DNA of 64,000 bases, from positions 321,609-385,608 of the forward strand of contig JBDWQI010000157.1 in assembly GCA_039986635.1 (NCBI GenBank). The letters are read 5' to 3'. This document shows, piece after piece, positions 1-9,005 of this stretch (positions are counted from its first letter, which is position 1; the number at the start of each line of letters is the position of its first letter). The notes under the pieces were generated by a model. The model saw nothing but the letters and a program-made list of their open reading frames with translations. It did no database searches and was not told where the DNA came from. The translations under genes and the position numbers were made by a program. The DNA comes from Sulfitobacter sp. GTDB taxonomy: Bacteria; Pseudomonadota; Alphaproteobacteria; Rhodobacterales; Rhodobacteraceae.

Positions 1-1440
1 AAAGTTCGACATCGTCAGGTCGGACAAGCCAACCCCGGTTAGAATGGTCGTCGATTGTGGGTTCCCGGTTTCATCGAGAACAACAATGCGCGTGGTCATG
101 CCCAATGCATCCCCGTTTTCTTCAAAAATCTGAAGACGGTCATCCGTGATACCTGCCTCAATGTGCACCATGTCTTGGTTCGGATTGAACCCGTCGATTG
201 TTCGGCTTTCAGAAGCAAGTGTGATTGTCGTCATGACGCCGCTCATGTGATCATGACCATCTTCGCCTTCGCTATGGGTATGGCCATCTTCGCTGTCATC
301 GTGGGTGTGATCATCGTTGCCTTGATCGTGCTCTGGGGTGGTTGTTGACGTGGGTGTCCCACTTATCAGCGCCGCCAATTCGGCCTGCGCGGAAACATCC
401 AATGCAGTGATGCGGGCGAGGTCAAGATCGGCCAAGGTCACGCCTTCGAGTGTCAGCGATTGGTTGTTGCTGGGTATGGCAAAGACGACACCAGCGTCAG
501 TTTCGGTGATGTCCAACTGTTCAGCATTGAACCAGCGGATAAGAATGGTGTCCGTTTCGGGGTCAAAATCGCGATCAACCGTCGCCTCCGCCCAGGCCCA
601 ATCAAGCACATGGGTGGCCGTTCCGGCATCGACCGGATTTGCGCCGGTATCACCGGGATCAACCTCAGGAGAGGGCGGTGGGGGTGTCAAAGGCGGTGTC
701 GCTGTGTTGCCGCCAATCCCCTCATCCCCCGTCACCCGGCTTTGATAGAATTCAATCATCTCATCGATGCTGGGTGCATCAAACCCTTCATATTGTTCGA
801 TGTAGCGCAGGATAGATGTCCCGAACTCATCAGCAGAAACACTCCCATTCTGCAACAAGTTCAATGTCCCAAACGGACCCCGCAAATGAGCCGCAGCCAA
901 GATACCGGTCAATGACAATTCCACAGTCTGTTCAACGCCATTGTCGAAAAATGTTCTTGTGGTTCCAAGATAATCGTCAAAACTTTCGCCGTTGTGGGCA
1001 AGACCCTCCTGGATGATCCCTAGATTGTGACCAAAAGCTTCCCGAATGGCGATTTCTTGAGCGGCTTCCGTTTTGAATTCATCAAGCGAATTGACGCCGT
1101 TTTTACCTGTCCACGTCCCATCCCAAAGATTGGTGACCTCGCCCGCACCAAAAAACGACGTATCATCATAGTAACCGAGGTCGATCAGCAATTGCTCGCC
1201 GAATTGGTAACCGACAAATCCAAGCGTGTTCATCGATGTGTATGACATCGCCTTCCATTCGTTGTCGTTTAAATCACCCCAAACGTTATACTGTGGAAAG
1301 AGCTCGTTTGCCGTTCCCCCAGCCCAAGTGTTGAGTTGCTCTTCGCTGATCTGCCCATTGTTGTATCTTTCGCGATCCCAACCACTTTCAAAGTCCCGCA
1401 AAGAGTCCAAAAAGTCCTGATAGCTGCCATTCGATTCCAT
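1..1440 (-). CDS. Partial (3' end outside window) probably secreted protein: N-terminal lysozyme/muramidase-like domain, Pro-rich linker, two related ~90-aa repeat domains separated by a His/Asp-rich linker
   Basis: Hand translation from ATG at 1440 is open to base 1 (480 codons) and absent from the ORF track. It reads MESNGSYQDFLDSLRDFESGW...NTLGFVGYQFGEQLLIDLGYY...WTGKNG...LTGILAAAHLRG, then TPPLTPPPPSP, then F[DN]P..D motifs twice. Confidence 0.8.
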   Translation of the reverse strand, partial: MESNGSYQDFLDSLRDFESGWDRERYNNGQISEEQLNTWAGGTANELFPQYNVWGDLNDNEWKAMSYTSMNTLGFVGYQFGEQLLIDLGYYDDTSFFGAGEVTNLWDGTWTGKNGVNSLDEFKTEAAQEIAIREAFGHNLGIIQEGLAHNGESFDDYLGTTRTFFDNGVEQTVELSLTGILAAAHLRGPFGTLNLLQNGSVSADEFGTSILRYIEQYEGFDAPSIDEMIEFYQSRVTGDEGIGGNTATPPLTPPPPSPEVDPGDTGANPVDAGTATHVLDWAWAEATVDRDFDPETDTILIRWFNAEQLDITETDAGVVFAIPSNNQSLTLEGVTLADLDLARITALDVSAQAELAALISGTPTSTTTPEHDQGNDDHTHDDSEDGHTHSEGEDGHDHMSGVMTTITLASESRTIDGFNPNQDMVHIEAGITDDRLQIFEENGDALGMTTRIVVLDETGNPQSTTILTGVGLSDLTMSNF

Positions 1441-1452
1441 GTTTTTTCCCAA

Positions 1453-1476
1453 CTGAGTTTTGTCTAGGAAACTCAG
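1453..1476. promoter_or_regulatory. Perfect inverted repeat just upstream of the lysozyme-like gene (operator or RBS-proximal hairpin)
   Basis: CTGAGTTT-N8-AAACTCAG, 13 bp from the ATG at 1440. Confidence 0.35.
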
Positions 1477-2183
1477 ATTGTGACGTCGCTTTTTTCCTTT
1501 CAATCGAAATTCAGATGCGCGCGGCGGAGCGCAGTTTTACGCTGGTTTGAACACCGCGAGCTGGCAGAAAGACGCGACATTCAAAGACGTATTGGTTAGA
1601 GCGCGGATACTTGCGAAGGAGAGGTCTGATTTTGGGCCGATTGATGCAAGTTTTCATTTCGAAATGTGTGGGTTGATCTGACCGCTAAGGCTCCCGCAAT
1701 CATAATGAAGGTTGACGGGTTCAGGTCACACTTGCATGTCCGTTGAACCGGACCTGTTGAGCCGGAGGATGAATTACCGTCAAAATTCTTGCCGCAAAAT
1801 GAACGAATTACAGCGATCCCTGCTGCCGTAGGACATCTTGAACCGAGCATCAGCGGCGATTTTGTGCAGTCTGCGCATGCAGCATAAACAGGGGATGATC
1901 ACCTTGGGCCCTTCGATATTCATCGCCGCGCTATCTCGAATGGATGGTCTAGGGAAATCGCTGTTCGCTGTGACCTGCGCGAACTTGTGAGATGCGGACT
2001 TTCCCGACATTGCCGCTCGTGTGGCCAGAGACCGCTTTTCAAACATCAGACGAGCAGCGAAACGTACGAAGGCCGGCCGCGGTCAGTTGCTGGGGTGAAA
2101 TGCAGTGGGGACGGCGATGAAAGGCGATCATTCGAATTTGGGTGAATAGGCCTTCGCACATTCATTTGCCCTTCGAATTCGTT

Positions 2184-4028
2184 CTATGAAAACTGGTCCA
2201 TCTGGATGCCAAGCGACTTTGCTTTTGAATATGCGGTCGTCGGGGCAAGCCCGAGGATTGCTGCTGCGCCGGATGTTCCTGAAATCTTGCCCTTGGCGCG
2301 GCGCAATGCTGCTTCAAAGTTCTTGATTTCCAACTGGCGCAGCTCTTTTTGGGTCAGGACGCGGTTTGTCTGTGTGGGTGCAGCTGATGGGCCGCTTTGG
2401 ATGTCGAACTGCAACCGGCCGCCTTGGGCAAGGATCGCCGTGCGTTCAATCACATTTTCCAATTCCCGGACATTTCCAGGCCAGTCATAGGATTGCAGCG
2501 TCTCTATATTGGCTTTGGTCAGGGTCATCTTTGGCAGCCTCAGACGGCGCATCGTGCGGTTGAGATAGTGCCGCGCGAGGTAAGGGATGTCTTCGGGCCG
2601 GTTCACAAGGGGTTCGGTCATGATCGGCAGCACATTCAGGGCAAAATAGAGGTCTTGCCGGAACCGTCCGGCCCGCACCTCGGCAAGCAGATCATAGCTT
2701 GTGGTGGCGATGACCTTGGCCGCCACGGGAATGTCGGTGCCGTCACCCAGACGCCGGAAGTGGCCCGTTTGAAGAACGTCGTGAAGGCTGGCTTGCACCT
2801 TGGCGGGTAGGCTTGCGACCTCGTCCAGATGCAGGGTGCTGTTGTGGGCCATGAGCAATTTGCCCGTCATATCCCGCGCCGCACCAGCAAAAGCACCGCG
2901 ACGATAGCCAAAAAGCTCCGCCTCCAGATCGGCGGCCTTTTTCTGATCGCAGTTGATGCGCACGAGGGGGCGGTGGTGACGGTCGCTTGCTTCGTGGATC
3001 GCCGAGGCTGTCATGCTCTTGCCCGATCCAGACGGGCCGGAGACCAACACATGGGCACCGCTTTGCGCGGCCAGATCAATTTGGGCGTTTAGCGACTTGA
3101 TTGCGGGTGACACACCGACCACGCCCGTGTGGGACCGCGCCGAGCGTATTTCTGTCAGAAGGTATTCGTTTTCCTGTTGCAGCTTTACCTTCAAGTCTTC
3201 GACCTGCTCCAGGGCATCGCGCAGTTTGCGTTCGCTTTCCTTGCGTTCGGTCACGTCGCGAAAGATCACTACGGCTCCGGCCAGCACATCGTGGTCGTAG
3301 ATCGGGGTCGAGACATATTCCACAAGGATCGGTTTGCCGTCCTTGCGCCAAAACACATCATCTTCCACGCGCATTGTCTGGTCGCGGCGGAAAGATTTGT
3401 AGATAGGGCATTCATGTGCGGGGAAGTGATCACCACTCAGGTGTTTGTGGTGAATGATTGAATGCAAATCGCGCCCAATCAAATCCTCCGACGACCAGCC
3501 CAACATTTCCTGCGCCGCGCGGTTCACGAAGGTGGCTTGCCCTTTGGCATTGATGCCATAGATGCCTTCGCCAGCAGCTTCGAGGATCAGATGGTTCTGG
3601 GCCTCGACCTCACGAAAGAAGCCATAGATGTTTTGCCATTGGGTAAGGCCCGCGTTCTGGTGCGCCTCTCGTTCTGCTTGCTGGTTGCGGCGGTCATGTT
3701 CGTCAAGATCCAGAAAGCTAAGCAGCACCAAGCCAGACTTCAGTTGCGCGCCATAGGTTTGAAGCCGCAAAGCCGCACCCGTTGCGCTGGTCAGCGAGAG
3801 GCTGCGGTCCACATACGATCCGAAATGCGCAACGGCATCGAAAAACACTACAGCGGCGGAGAATTCATTTTCCATCTGGCGAGAGAGGGGCGCAGACAGT
3901 GTCGCCTCGCCCAACAGGGCACGCCCCGCCTCATTCGCTGCGACGATACTGTCGCTGCGGGTGTCGACAATGATCGTTGGCATCGGGTGATGGGCGATCA
4001 GATCAGCGGATTCGGTTTCATCAAGCAT
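2184..4028 (-). CDS. PAS-domain sigma54-type (bEBP) transcriptional regulator with Fis-type HTH
   Basis: PAS (FVNRAAQEMLGW...FWRKDG), Walker A GPSGSGKS, EAELFG..RGAFAGA, LDEV, WPGNVRELEN, C-terminal GAAAILGL HTH. Confidence 0.9.
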   Translation of the reverse strand: MLDETESADLIAHHPMPTIIVDTRSDSIVAANEAGRALLGEATLSAPLSRQMENEFSAAVVFFDAVAHFGSYVDRSLSLTSATGAALRLQTYGAQLKSGLVLLSFLDLDEHDRRNQQAEREAHQNAGLTQWQNIYGFFREVEAQNHLILEAAGEGIYGINAKGQATFVNRAAQEMLGWSSEDLIGRDLHSIIHHKHLSGDHFPAHECPIYKSFRRDQTMRVEDDVFWRKDGKPILVEYVSTPIYDHDVLAGAVVIFRDVTERKESERKLRDALEQVEDLKVKLQQENEYLLTEIRSARSHTGVVGVSPAIKSLNAQIDLAAQSGAHVLVSGPSGSGKSMTASAIHEASDRHHRPLVRINCDQKKAADLEAELFGYRRGAFAGAARDMTGKLLMAHNSTLHLDEVASLPAKVQASLHDVLQTGHFRRLGDGTDIPVAAKVIATTSYDLLAEVRAGRFRQDLYFALNVLPIMTEPLVNRPEDIPYLARHYLNRTMRRLRLPKMTLTKANIETLQSYDWPGNVRELENVIERTAILAQGGRLQFDIQSGPSAAPTQTNRVLTQKELRQLEIKNFEAALRRAKGKISGTSGAAAILGLAPTTAYSKAKSLGIQMDQFS

Positions 4029-4064
4029 GAAGTAAAGGATGGGGGGGCGCGGGAGCCGAGCAAA

Positions 4065-4097
4065 TTACGAAATTCCGTAACTTACGAAAACTCGTAA
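4065..4097. promoter_or_regulatory. Tandem palindromic enhancer (UAS) pair
   Basis: TTACG-N6-CGTAA at 4065-4080 and 4082-4097, between the bEBP and the cyn operon. Confidence 0.7.
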
Positions 4098-4151
4098 CAT
4101 TCGCCCAAAAATTAACCAATAAATTCAAACCCAACCCACTTCGAAGGCATT

Positions 4152-4167
4152 TGGCAGAAGGTCTGCT
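4152..4167 (+). promoter_or_regulatory. sigma54 (-24/-12) promoter candidate for the cyn operon
   Basis: TGGCAGAAGGTCTGCT has the GG-N10-GC spacing, 52 bp upstream of ATG 4220 and downstream of the UAS pair and an AT-rich tract. Confidence 0.6.
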
Positions 4168-4219
4168 GCACTGCGGCGTTGCGTGGAAATATGTTGTTAA
4201 CCAATGACAGGAGACGGAC

Positions 4220-5611
4220 ATGACGATCAAAAGCCTTGGGAATCCATTTTCCGAAAAGACCGACCTTAGACATGGTGCGGATTGCGGGTGCGACACCTGT
4301 CTGACAGGTCACGGACACGACAAGACCCACAAAGAACCGACTGCCATGTCATCGGAAGAGATGATGGAGCGGGCGGTTGAAAGCGCGATTGTCCGTTCCG
4401 TTTTCGGCCAGAATGACATCGCGCGGCGGTCGTTTATGGGCATGCTAGGCGGCACATCTGTTGCGGCTGCGCTGGCTTCGGTCTTTCCTGTCGAACAGGC
4501 GGTGGCCAATATTCTGGATGACCTTGGCCCGCCAGAAAAGACTGACCTGAACATCGGCTTTGTGCCGATTACCTGTGCCACACCGATCATCATGGCGCAG
4601 CCCTTGGGCTTTTATGAGCGCTACGGATTGAATGCTCAGGTTATCAAGACCGCAGGCTGGGCCGTGGCGCGCGATAAATCCCTTTCCGGTGAATACGACG
4701 CCTCCCACATGCTGACGCCCATGCCTTTGGCGATGACAATGGGGGCCGGGTCTGTGGCCGAGCCATATATCATGCCGGCCGTGGAAAACATCAACGGGCA
4801 GGCGATTGTTCTGTCCAATGAACACCTCGACAAGCGTGACCCGAGCCAGTGGAAGGGCTTCACTTTTGGCGTGCCCTTTGAATATTCCATGCACAACTTC
4901 CTGCTGCGCTACTATGTGGCTGAATTCGGGCTGGACCCTGATGTGGACATCCAGATCCGCGTTGTACCCCCGCCAGAGATGGTCGCCAACCTCCGAGCCG
5001 GCAACCTTGATGGCTACCTCTCCCCTGACCCGTTCAACCAACGTGCCGTCTATGAAGGCATTGGCTTCATACACATCCTCACCAAAGAAATCTGGGAAGG
5101 TCATCCATGCTGTGCCTTTGCGGCACCCTTGTCTTTTGCGACCGAATTGCCAAATACCTACGGCGCATTGCTCAAGTCGATCATTGACGCGACGCAATAC
5201 GCGTCAAGCTCTGAGAACCGCAAGGAAATCTCGGCGGCCATCGCGCCTACGAACTATCTCAACCAACCGGTCACGGTGATCGAACAGGTTCTGACGGGCA
5301 CCTATGCCGATGGTTTGGGCGAGGTGCAGCGCGTGCCCGACCGCATCGATTTCGATCCCTTCCCATGGCAGTCGATGGGCGTCTGGATCCTGACGCAGAT
5401 GAAACGTTGGGGCTATATCGAAGGTGATGTCGACTACAAAGGCGTGGCAGAACAGGTCTACCTCGCGTCTGACGCCCGCAAGGTCATGGCCGATCTGGGT
5501 TATGAAGCACCGGCAGAAAACTACAAATCACATATGATCATGGGCAAGAGCTTCGACCCTGCGCAGCCAGAAGCCTATGTTGATAGCTTTGCGATCAAAG
5601 CGGGCGACTGA
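4220..5611 (+). CDS. CmpA/NrtA-family ABC substrate-binding protein, probably cyanate (CynA-like)
   Basis: LNIGFVPITCATPII, FGVPFEYSMHNFLLRYY, PPPEMVANL, DPFPWQSM motifs; twin-Arg ARRSF; RBS AGGAGA; in an operon with cynS. Confidence 0.9.
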   Translation: MTIKSLGNPFSEKTDLRHGADCGCDTCLTGHGHDKTHKEPTAMSSEEMMERAVESAIVRSVFGQNDIARRSFMGMLGGTSVAAALASVFPVEQAVANILDDLGPPEKTDLNIGFVPITCATPIIMAQPLGFYERYGLNAQVIKTAGWAVARDKSLSGEYDASHMLTPMPLAMTMGAGSVAEPYIMPAVENINGQAIVLSNEHLDKRDPSQWKGFTFGVPFEYSMHNFLLRYYVAEFGLDPDVDIQIRVVPPPEMVANLRAGNLDGYLSPDPFNQRAVYEGIGFIHILTKEIWEGHPCCAFAAPLSFATELPNTYGALLKSIIDATQYASSSENRKEISAAIAPTNYLNQPVTVIEQVLTGTYADGLGEVQRVPDRIDFDPFPWQSMGVWILTQMKRWGYIEGDVDYKGVAEQVYLASDARKVMADLGYEAPAENYKSHMIMGKSFDPAQPEAYVDSFAIKAGD

Positions 5612-6447
5612 TGGAGCGTTTGTCAGAAAACGGGCGCGCGGCGATCTGGTCGATAGCCTTGCTTTTTGCTGGTCTGTTTGTGTGGGAAATCTCAATTTCC
5701 GCACAAGCGATCAACACCGGCGAGCTTACCGAATATGAATTGCTGACTGGGGCGGGCACTGCGAAAGCAGGCGTGCCGCCCCCCAGTGAAGTTGCAGTGA
5801 AGGCGTGGCAGGAACTGTCCAACCCGTTCTATGACGCAGGGCCTAATGACAAGGGCATCGGCATCCAGATCGGCTATTCGATCTACCGCGTCCTGTCAGG
5901 GTACTTTCTGGCGGCAATCATCGCGATCCCACTTGGATTTCTGATCGGCATGTCGTCGGTGGCTTATAAGGCGCTCAACCCGTTCATTCAGGTATTGCGG
6001 CCTATTTCCCCGCTCGCGTGGATGCCATTGGCGCTTTTCATCATTCAAGACTCTGAGGCCTCTGCCATTTTCGTGATCTTCATTTGCTCGATCTGGCCGA
6101 TGTTGCTGAACACTGCCTTTGGCGTGGCTGGCGTGCGCGAAGACTGGGTGAATGTGGCGCGGACCCATGAACTCGGGGCGCTTAAGACAGCTTTCACGGT
6201 TGTTTTACCCGCGGCGGCACCCACCATCGTGACGGGCATGCGGATTTCCATCGGCATCGCATGGCTTGTTATCGTCGCGGCCGAAATGCTCGTCGGGGGG
6301 ACCGGGATTGGGTATTATGTCTGGAACGAGTGGAACAACCTCGACCTGACCTCCGTCATCTTCTCAATTCTCATGATCGGCGTTGTCGGCATGTTGCTGG
6401 ACGCGGCCTTTGGCCTGCTCCAGCGGCGCGTCGCCTACGTCGAATAA
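5611..6447 (+). CDS. Nitrate/cyanate ABC permease (NrtB/CynB-like)
   Basis: QVLRPISPLAWMP, VLPAAAPTIVTGMRISIGIAWLVIVAAEM. Confidence 0.9.
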   Translation: MERLSENGRAAIWSIALLFAGLFVWEISISAQAINTGELTEYELLTGAGTAKAGVPPPSEVAVKAWQELSNPFYDAGPNDKGIGIQIGYSIYRVLSGYFLAAIIAIPLGFLIGMSSVAYKALNPFIQVLRPISPLAWMPLALFIIQDSEASAIFVIFICSIWPMLLNTAFGVAGVREDWVNVARTHELGALKTAFTVVLPAAAPTIVTGMRISIGIAWLVIVAAEMLVGGTGIGYYVWNEWNNLDLTSVIFSILMIGVVGMLLDAAFGLLQRRVAYVE

Positions 6448-6456
6448 GGTAGACCC

Positions 6457-7356
6457 ATGGCCAATTCATTTCTAAGCATCGAAAAGCTGACCCAACGCTA
6501 TCCTGACGGCAAAGGTGGCGAATTCACGGTTTTCGAAAACGCCAGCTTTGGCATCGAGAAGGGCGAGTTTGTTTGCATTCTGGGTCATTCGGGCTGCGGC
6601 AAATCAACCATCATGAACATCCTTGCAGGCCTATCAGAGCCGACCAAGGGTGTTGTGAAGATGGACGGTTACGCCGTCTCTGGCCCCAGCCTTGATCGCG
6701 GCGTGGTCTTTCAGAACTATTCGCTTTTGCCATGGCTGACAGCCCTGAAAAACGTCACATTCGGGGTGGCCGCGCGGTTCCCAGATTGGACAAAGCAGCA
6801 GGTCGAGGATCACTCAATCGCCTTCCTGGACAAGGTCGGCCTGTCGGGCGATGCCATCCACCGCAAGCCAAGCCAATTGTCTGGCGGCATGCGGCAGCGC
6901 GTGTCGATCGCCCGCGCTTTCGCCAATGAACCCAAGCTTTTGTTGCTGGATGAACCCTTTGGTGCGCTGGACGCGCTGACCCGCGGCACCATTCAGGAAG
7001 AGCTGCTCAAGGTTTGGAGCGGCACCGATCAAACGGTCTTTATGATCACCCATGACATAGACGAGGCGATCTTGCTGGCGGACCGCATCTTGTTGATGAC
7101 AAACGGACCGCTGGCCCGTGTCGCCGAAAGCGTCGAGATCACAATCCCAAGACCGCGCGTGCGCACTGATATAGTGGAGCACCCCAATTACTACGCCATC
7201 CGCAATCATCTGGTGCAGTTCCTTGGGAAGCGTTCAGCGGAACTGGCTGGGCAAGTCAGTGCAGAAGGCGAACCCCATTCGCCCGAAACTGTGCGCATCG
7301 ACAAAACACAAGGCGTGGCTGACGAGAAGCCCTTGTTGCAGGCGGTCAAGACATGA
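6457..7356 (+). CDS. Nitrate/cyanate ABC ATP-binding protein (NrtD/CynD-like)
   Basis: [32 protein letters not shown]. Confidence 0.92.
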   Translation: MANSFLSIEKLTQRYPDGKGGEFTVFENASFGIEKGEFVCILGHSGCGKSTIMNILAGLSEPTKGVVKMDGYAVSGPSLDRGVVFQNYSLLPWLTALKNVTFGVAARFPDWTKQQVEDHSIAFLDKVGLSGDAIHRKPSQLSGGMRQRVSIARAFANEPKLLLLDEPFGALDALTRGTIQEELLKVWSGTDQTVFMITHDIDEAILLADRILLMTNGPLARVAESVEITIPRPRVRTDIVEHPNYYAIRNHLVQFLGKRSAELAGQVSAEGEPHSPETVRIDKTQGVADEKPLLQAVKT

Positions 7357-7832
7357 CTGACCAACCGCCGCGCGCGCCCGTTCCGCCGTTCAGCTATGAC
7401 GAGGCTGTGCAAAAGGTGCGCATGGCCGAGAACGCCTGGAATGGCCGTGATCCCGCCAAAGTCGCGCTGGCCTATACGCCTGACACCAAATGGCGCAACC
7501 GGTCAGAGTTTCTGAACGGACGGGCCGAGGTCGAGGCCTTTCTGACCCGCAAATGGGCCACCGAGGATGGCTATCGTCTGATCAAAGAAATTTGGGCCCA
7601 TAGCGATGACAAAATCGCCGTGCGCTTTTGTTATGAATACCACGATGCCGACGGCAAGTGGTTTCGCGCCCATGGCAATGAAAACTGGGTATTCGATGCG
7701 CTTGGCTACATGGCACAGCGTCACGCCTCAATCAACGATGTGCCCATTTCCGAATCCGAACGCCTGTTTCATTGGGCTGAGGGCACGCCCCGCCCTGATG
7801 ATCACCCCGGACTTACTGAATTAGGACTGTGA
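7353..7832 (+). CDS. DUF1348 / SnoaL-NTF2-like fold protein
   Basis: [38 protein letters not shown]...RHASIND; ATGA overlap with the ABC ATPase gene. Confidence 0.8.
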   Translation: MTDQPPRAPVPPFSYDEAVQKVRMAENAWNGRDPAKVALAYTPDTKWRNRSEFLNGRAEVEAFLTRKWATEDGYRLIKEIWAHSDDKIAVRFCYEYHDADGKWFRAHGNENWVFDALGYMAQRHASINDVPISESERLFHWAEGTPRPDDHPGLTELGL

Positions 7833-7850
7833 AATAAAGGACCAATCCAA

Positions 7851-8300
7851 ATGACTGAGATGACCAAAGAAGACGTCACCGCCATGATCCTGTCGGCCAA
7901 GAAACAGGTCGGTCTGACATGGGAAGAGATCGCGGAAAAGATCGATATGTCCCCGATCTGGACCCATTCGGCGGCCATGGGCATGAACGCCTTTCCCGCC
8001 GACAAAGCGGCGTTGATGGTTAAGGTTATGGGCCTGCCGCAAGAGGCAGAAAGTGTGCTGGCAGAAAGCCCCACCAAGATCTGGGAACAGGCGGTGCCTA
8101 CTGATCCATGCATCTATCGTTTCTATGAAATCGTGGGCGTCTATGGTCCGACACTCAAGGCCATCATCCAGGAAAAATTCGGCGATGGCATCATGTCGGC
8201 GATTGATTTTGACATGTCGGTGACGCGGGTCGAACATCCCAAAGGGGACCGTGTAAAGGTCGAAATGTCGGGTAAGTTTTTGGGCTATAACAGCTGGTAG
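7851..8300 (+). CDS. cynS: Cyanase (cyanate hydratase)
   Basis: VPTDPCIYRFYEIVGVYG..KAIIQEKFGDGIMSAIDF...GKFLGY signature. Confidence 0.96.
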   Translation: MTEMTKEDVTAMILSAKKQVGLTWEEIAEKIDMSPIWTHSAAMGMNAFPADKAALMVKVMGLPQEAESVLAESPTKIWEQAVPTDPCIYRFYEIVGVYGPTLKAIIQEKFGDGIMSAIDFDMSVTRVEHPKGDRVKVEMSGKFLGYNSW

Positions 8301-8310
8301 AGTTTTGGCG

Positions 8311-8332
8311 GGGCTGCCATCACTGGCGGCCC
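8311..8332. terminator. Hairpin between convergent cynS and racemase genes
   Basis: GGGCTGCCA-tcac-TGGCGGCCC. Confidence 0.5.
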
Positions 8333-8372
8333 TTGCAGCTCAGGTTTTAATCAGTCGTTGGACAGACAGGCT

Positions 8373-9005
8373 TCAAAACATGGCTGCCAAATGCACTGCG
8401 GCATGAACACCGTCGATCAGTTTAATCGGCACATCATCATTGTTGTCCAAGATGTACCCCATACCAGCGCAGCCCAAAACAACACAATCGACGTTATCTT
8501 CCCGCAACGCGGCGCGGATTTCGTCCTTGACCTGCCGCGTCGCATTTGCGCGATCCTGTTCAAGGGCCAGGACCGGGACGCCGCTTGCCCTGACGTGGCT
8601 TAGGTTCTGCGCCAACCCGTAGCTTTCGATATTCGCGGCCAGAATGGGCACGGACACGTCCAGCGTGGTGACAACCGAAAACCGCGCGCCATAAAGCGAT
8701 GCGAGGTGGTAGGCGGCTTGCCCAATGCCGATAACGGGGCAAGACGCCAATTCACGGGCGGGGGTAAGCCCTGTGTCATCAAAACAGCCAATGATGATCG
8801 CTTTGGCCCCTGCCTCATCCGCCTTTTTGACCAGCTCCAAAAGCGGAGGGATCGCGGCGTCCCCGTCTTTCTCCCCTTGAATAGCGGCCGGTCCCTTCGT
8901 GGAGGTCCAGCCGACGACGTCAACACCACGCACTACTGTGTGCGCTGTGTCTATCATCGCCTGCGTCATCGAAACCGTCGAGTTAGGGTTGATGATGACG
9001 ATCAT
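8373..9005 (-). CDS. Asp/Glu/hydantoin (allantoin-type) racemase
   Basis: IINPNST..MT, IIGCFDD and VLGCAGM catalytic Cys pair, LIDGVHAA. Confidence 0.88.
   Translation of the reverse strand: MIVIINPNSTVSMTQAMIDTAHTVVRGVDVVGWTSTKGPAAIQGEKDGDAAIPPLLELVKKADEAGAKAIIIGCFDDTGLTPARELASCPVIGIGQAAYHLASLYGARFSVVTTLDVSVPILAANIESYGLAQNLSHVRASGVPVLALEQDRANATRQVKDEIRAALREDNVDCVVLGCAGMGYILDNNDDVPIKLIDGVHAAVHLAAMF

Noticed and set aside
55-915. Plus-strand ORFs at the window start
   Set aside because: Antisense shadows of the 1-1440 minus-strand gene
1900-2090. Degenerate alphaproteobacterial GCGGAC/GACCGC-type intergenic repeat
   Set aside because: Only short words match what I remember and there is no second copy in the window; cannot be supported without a search
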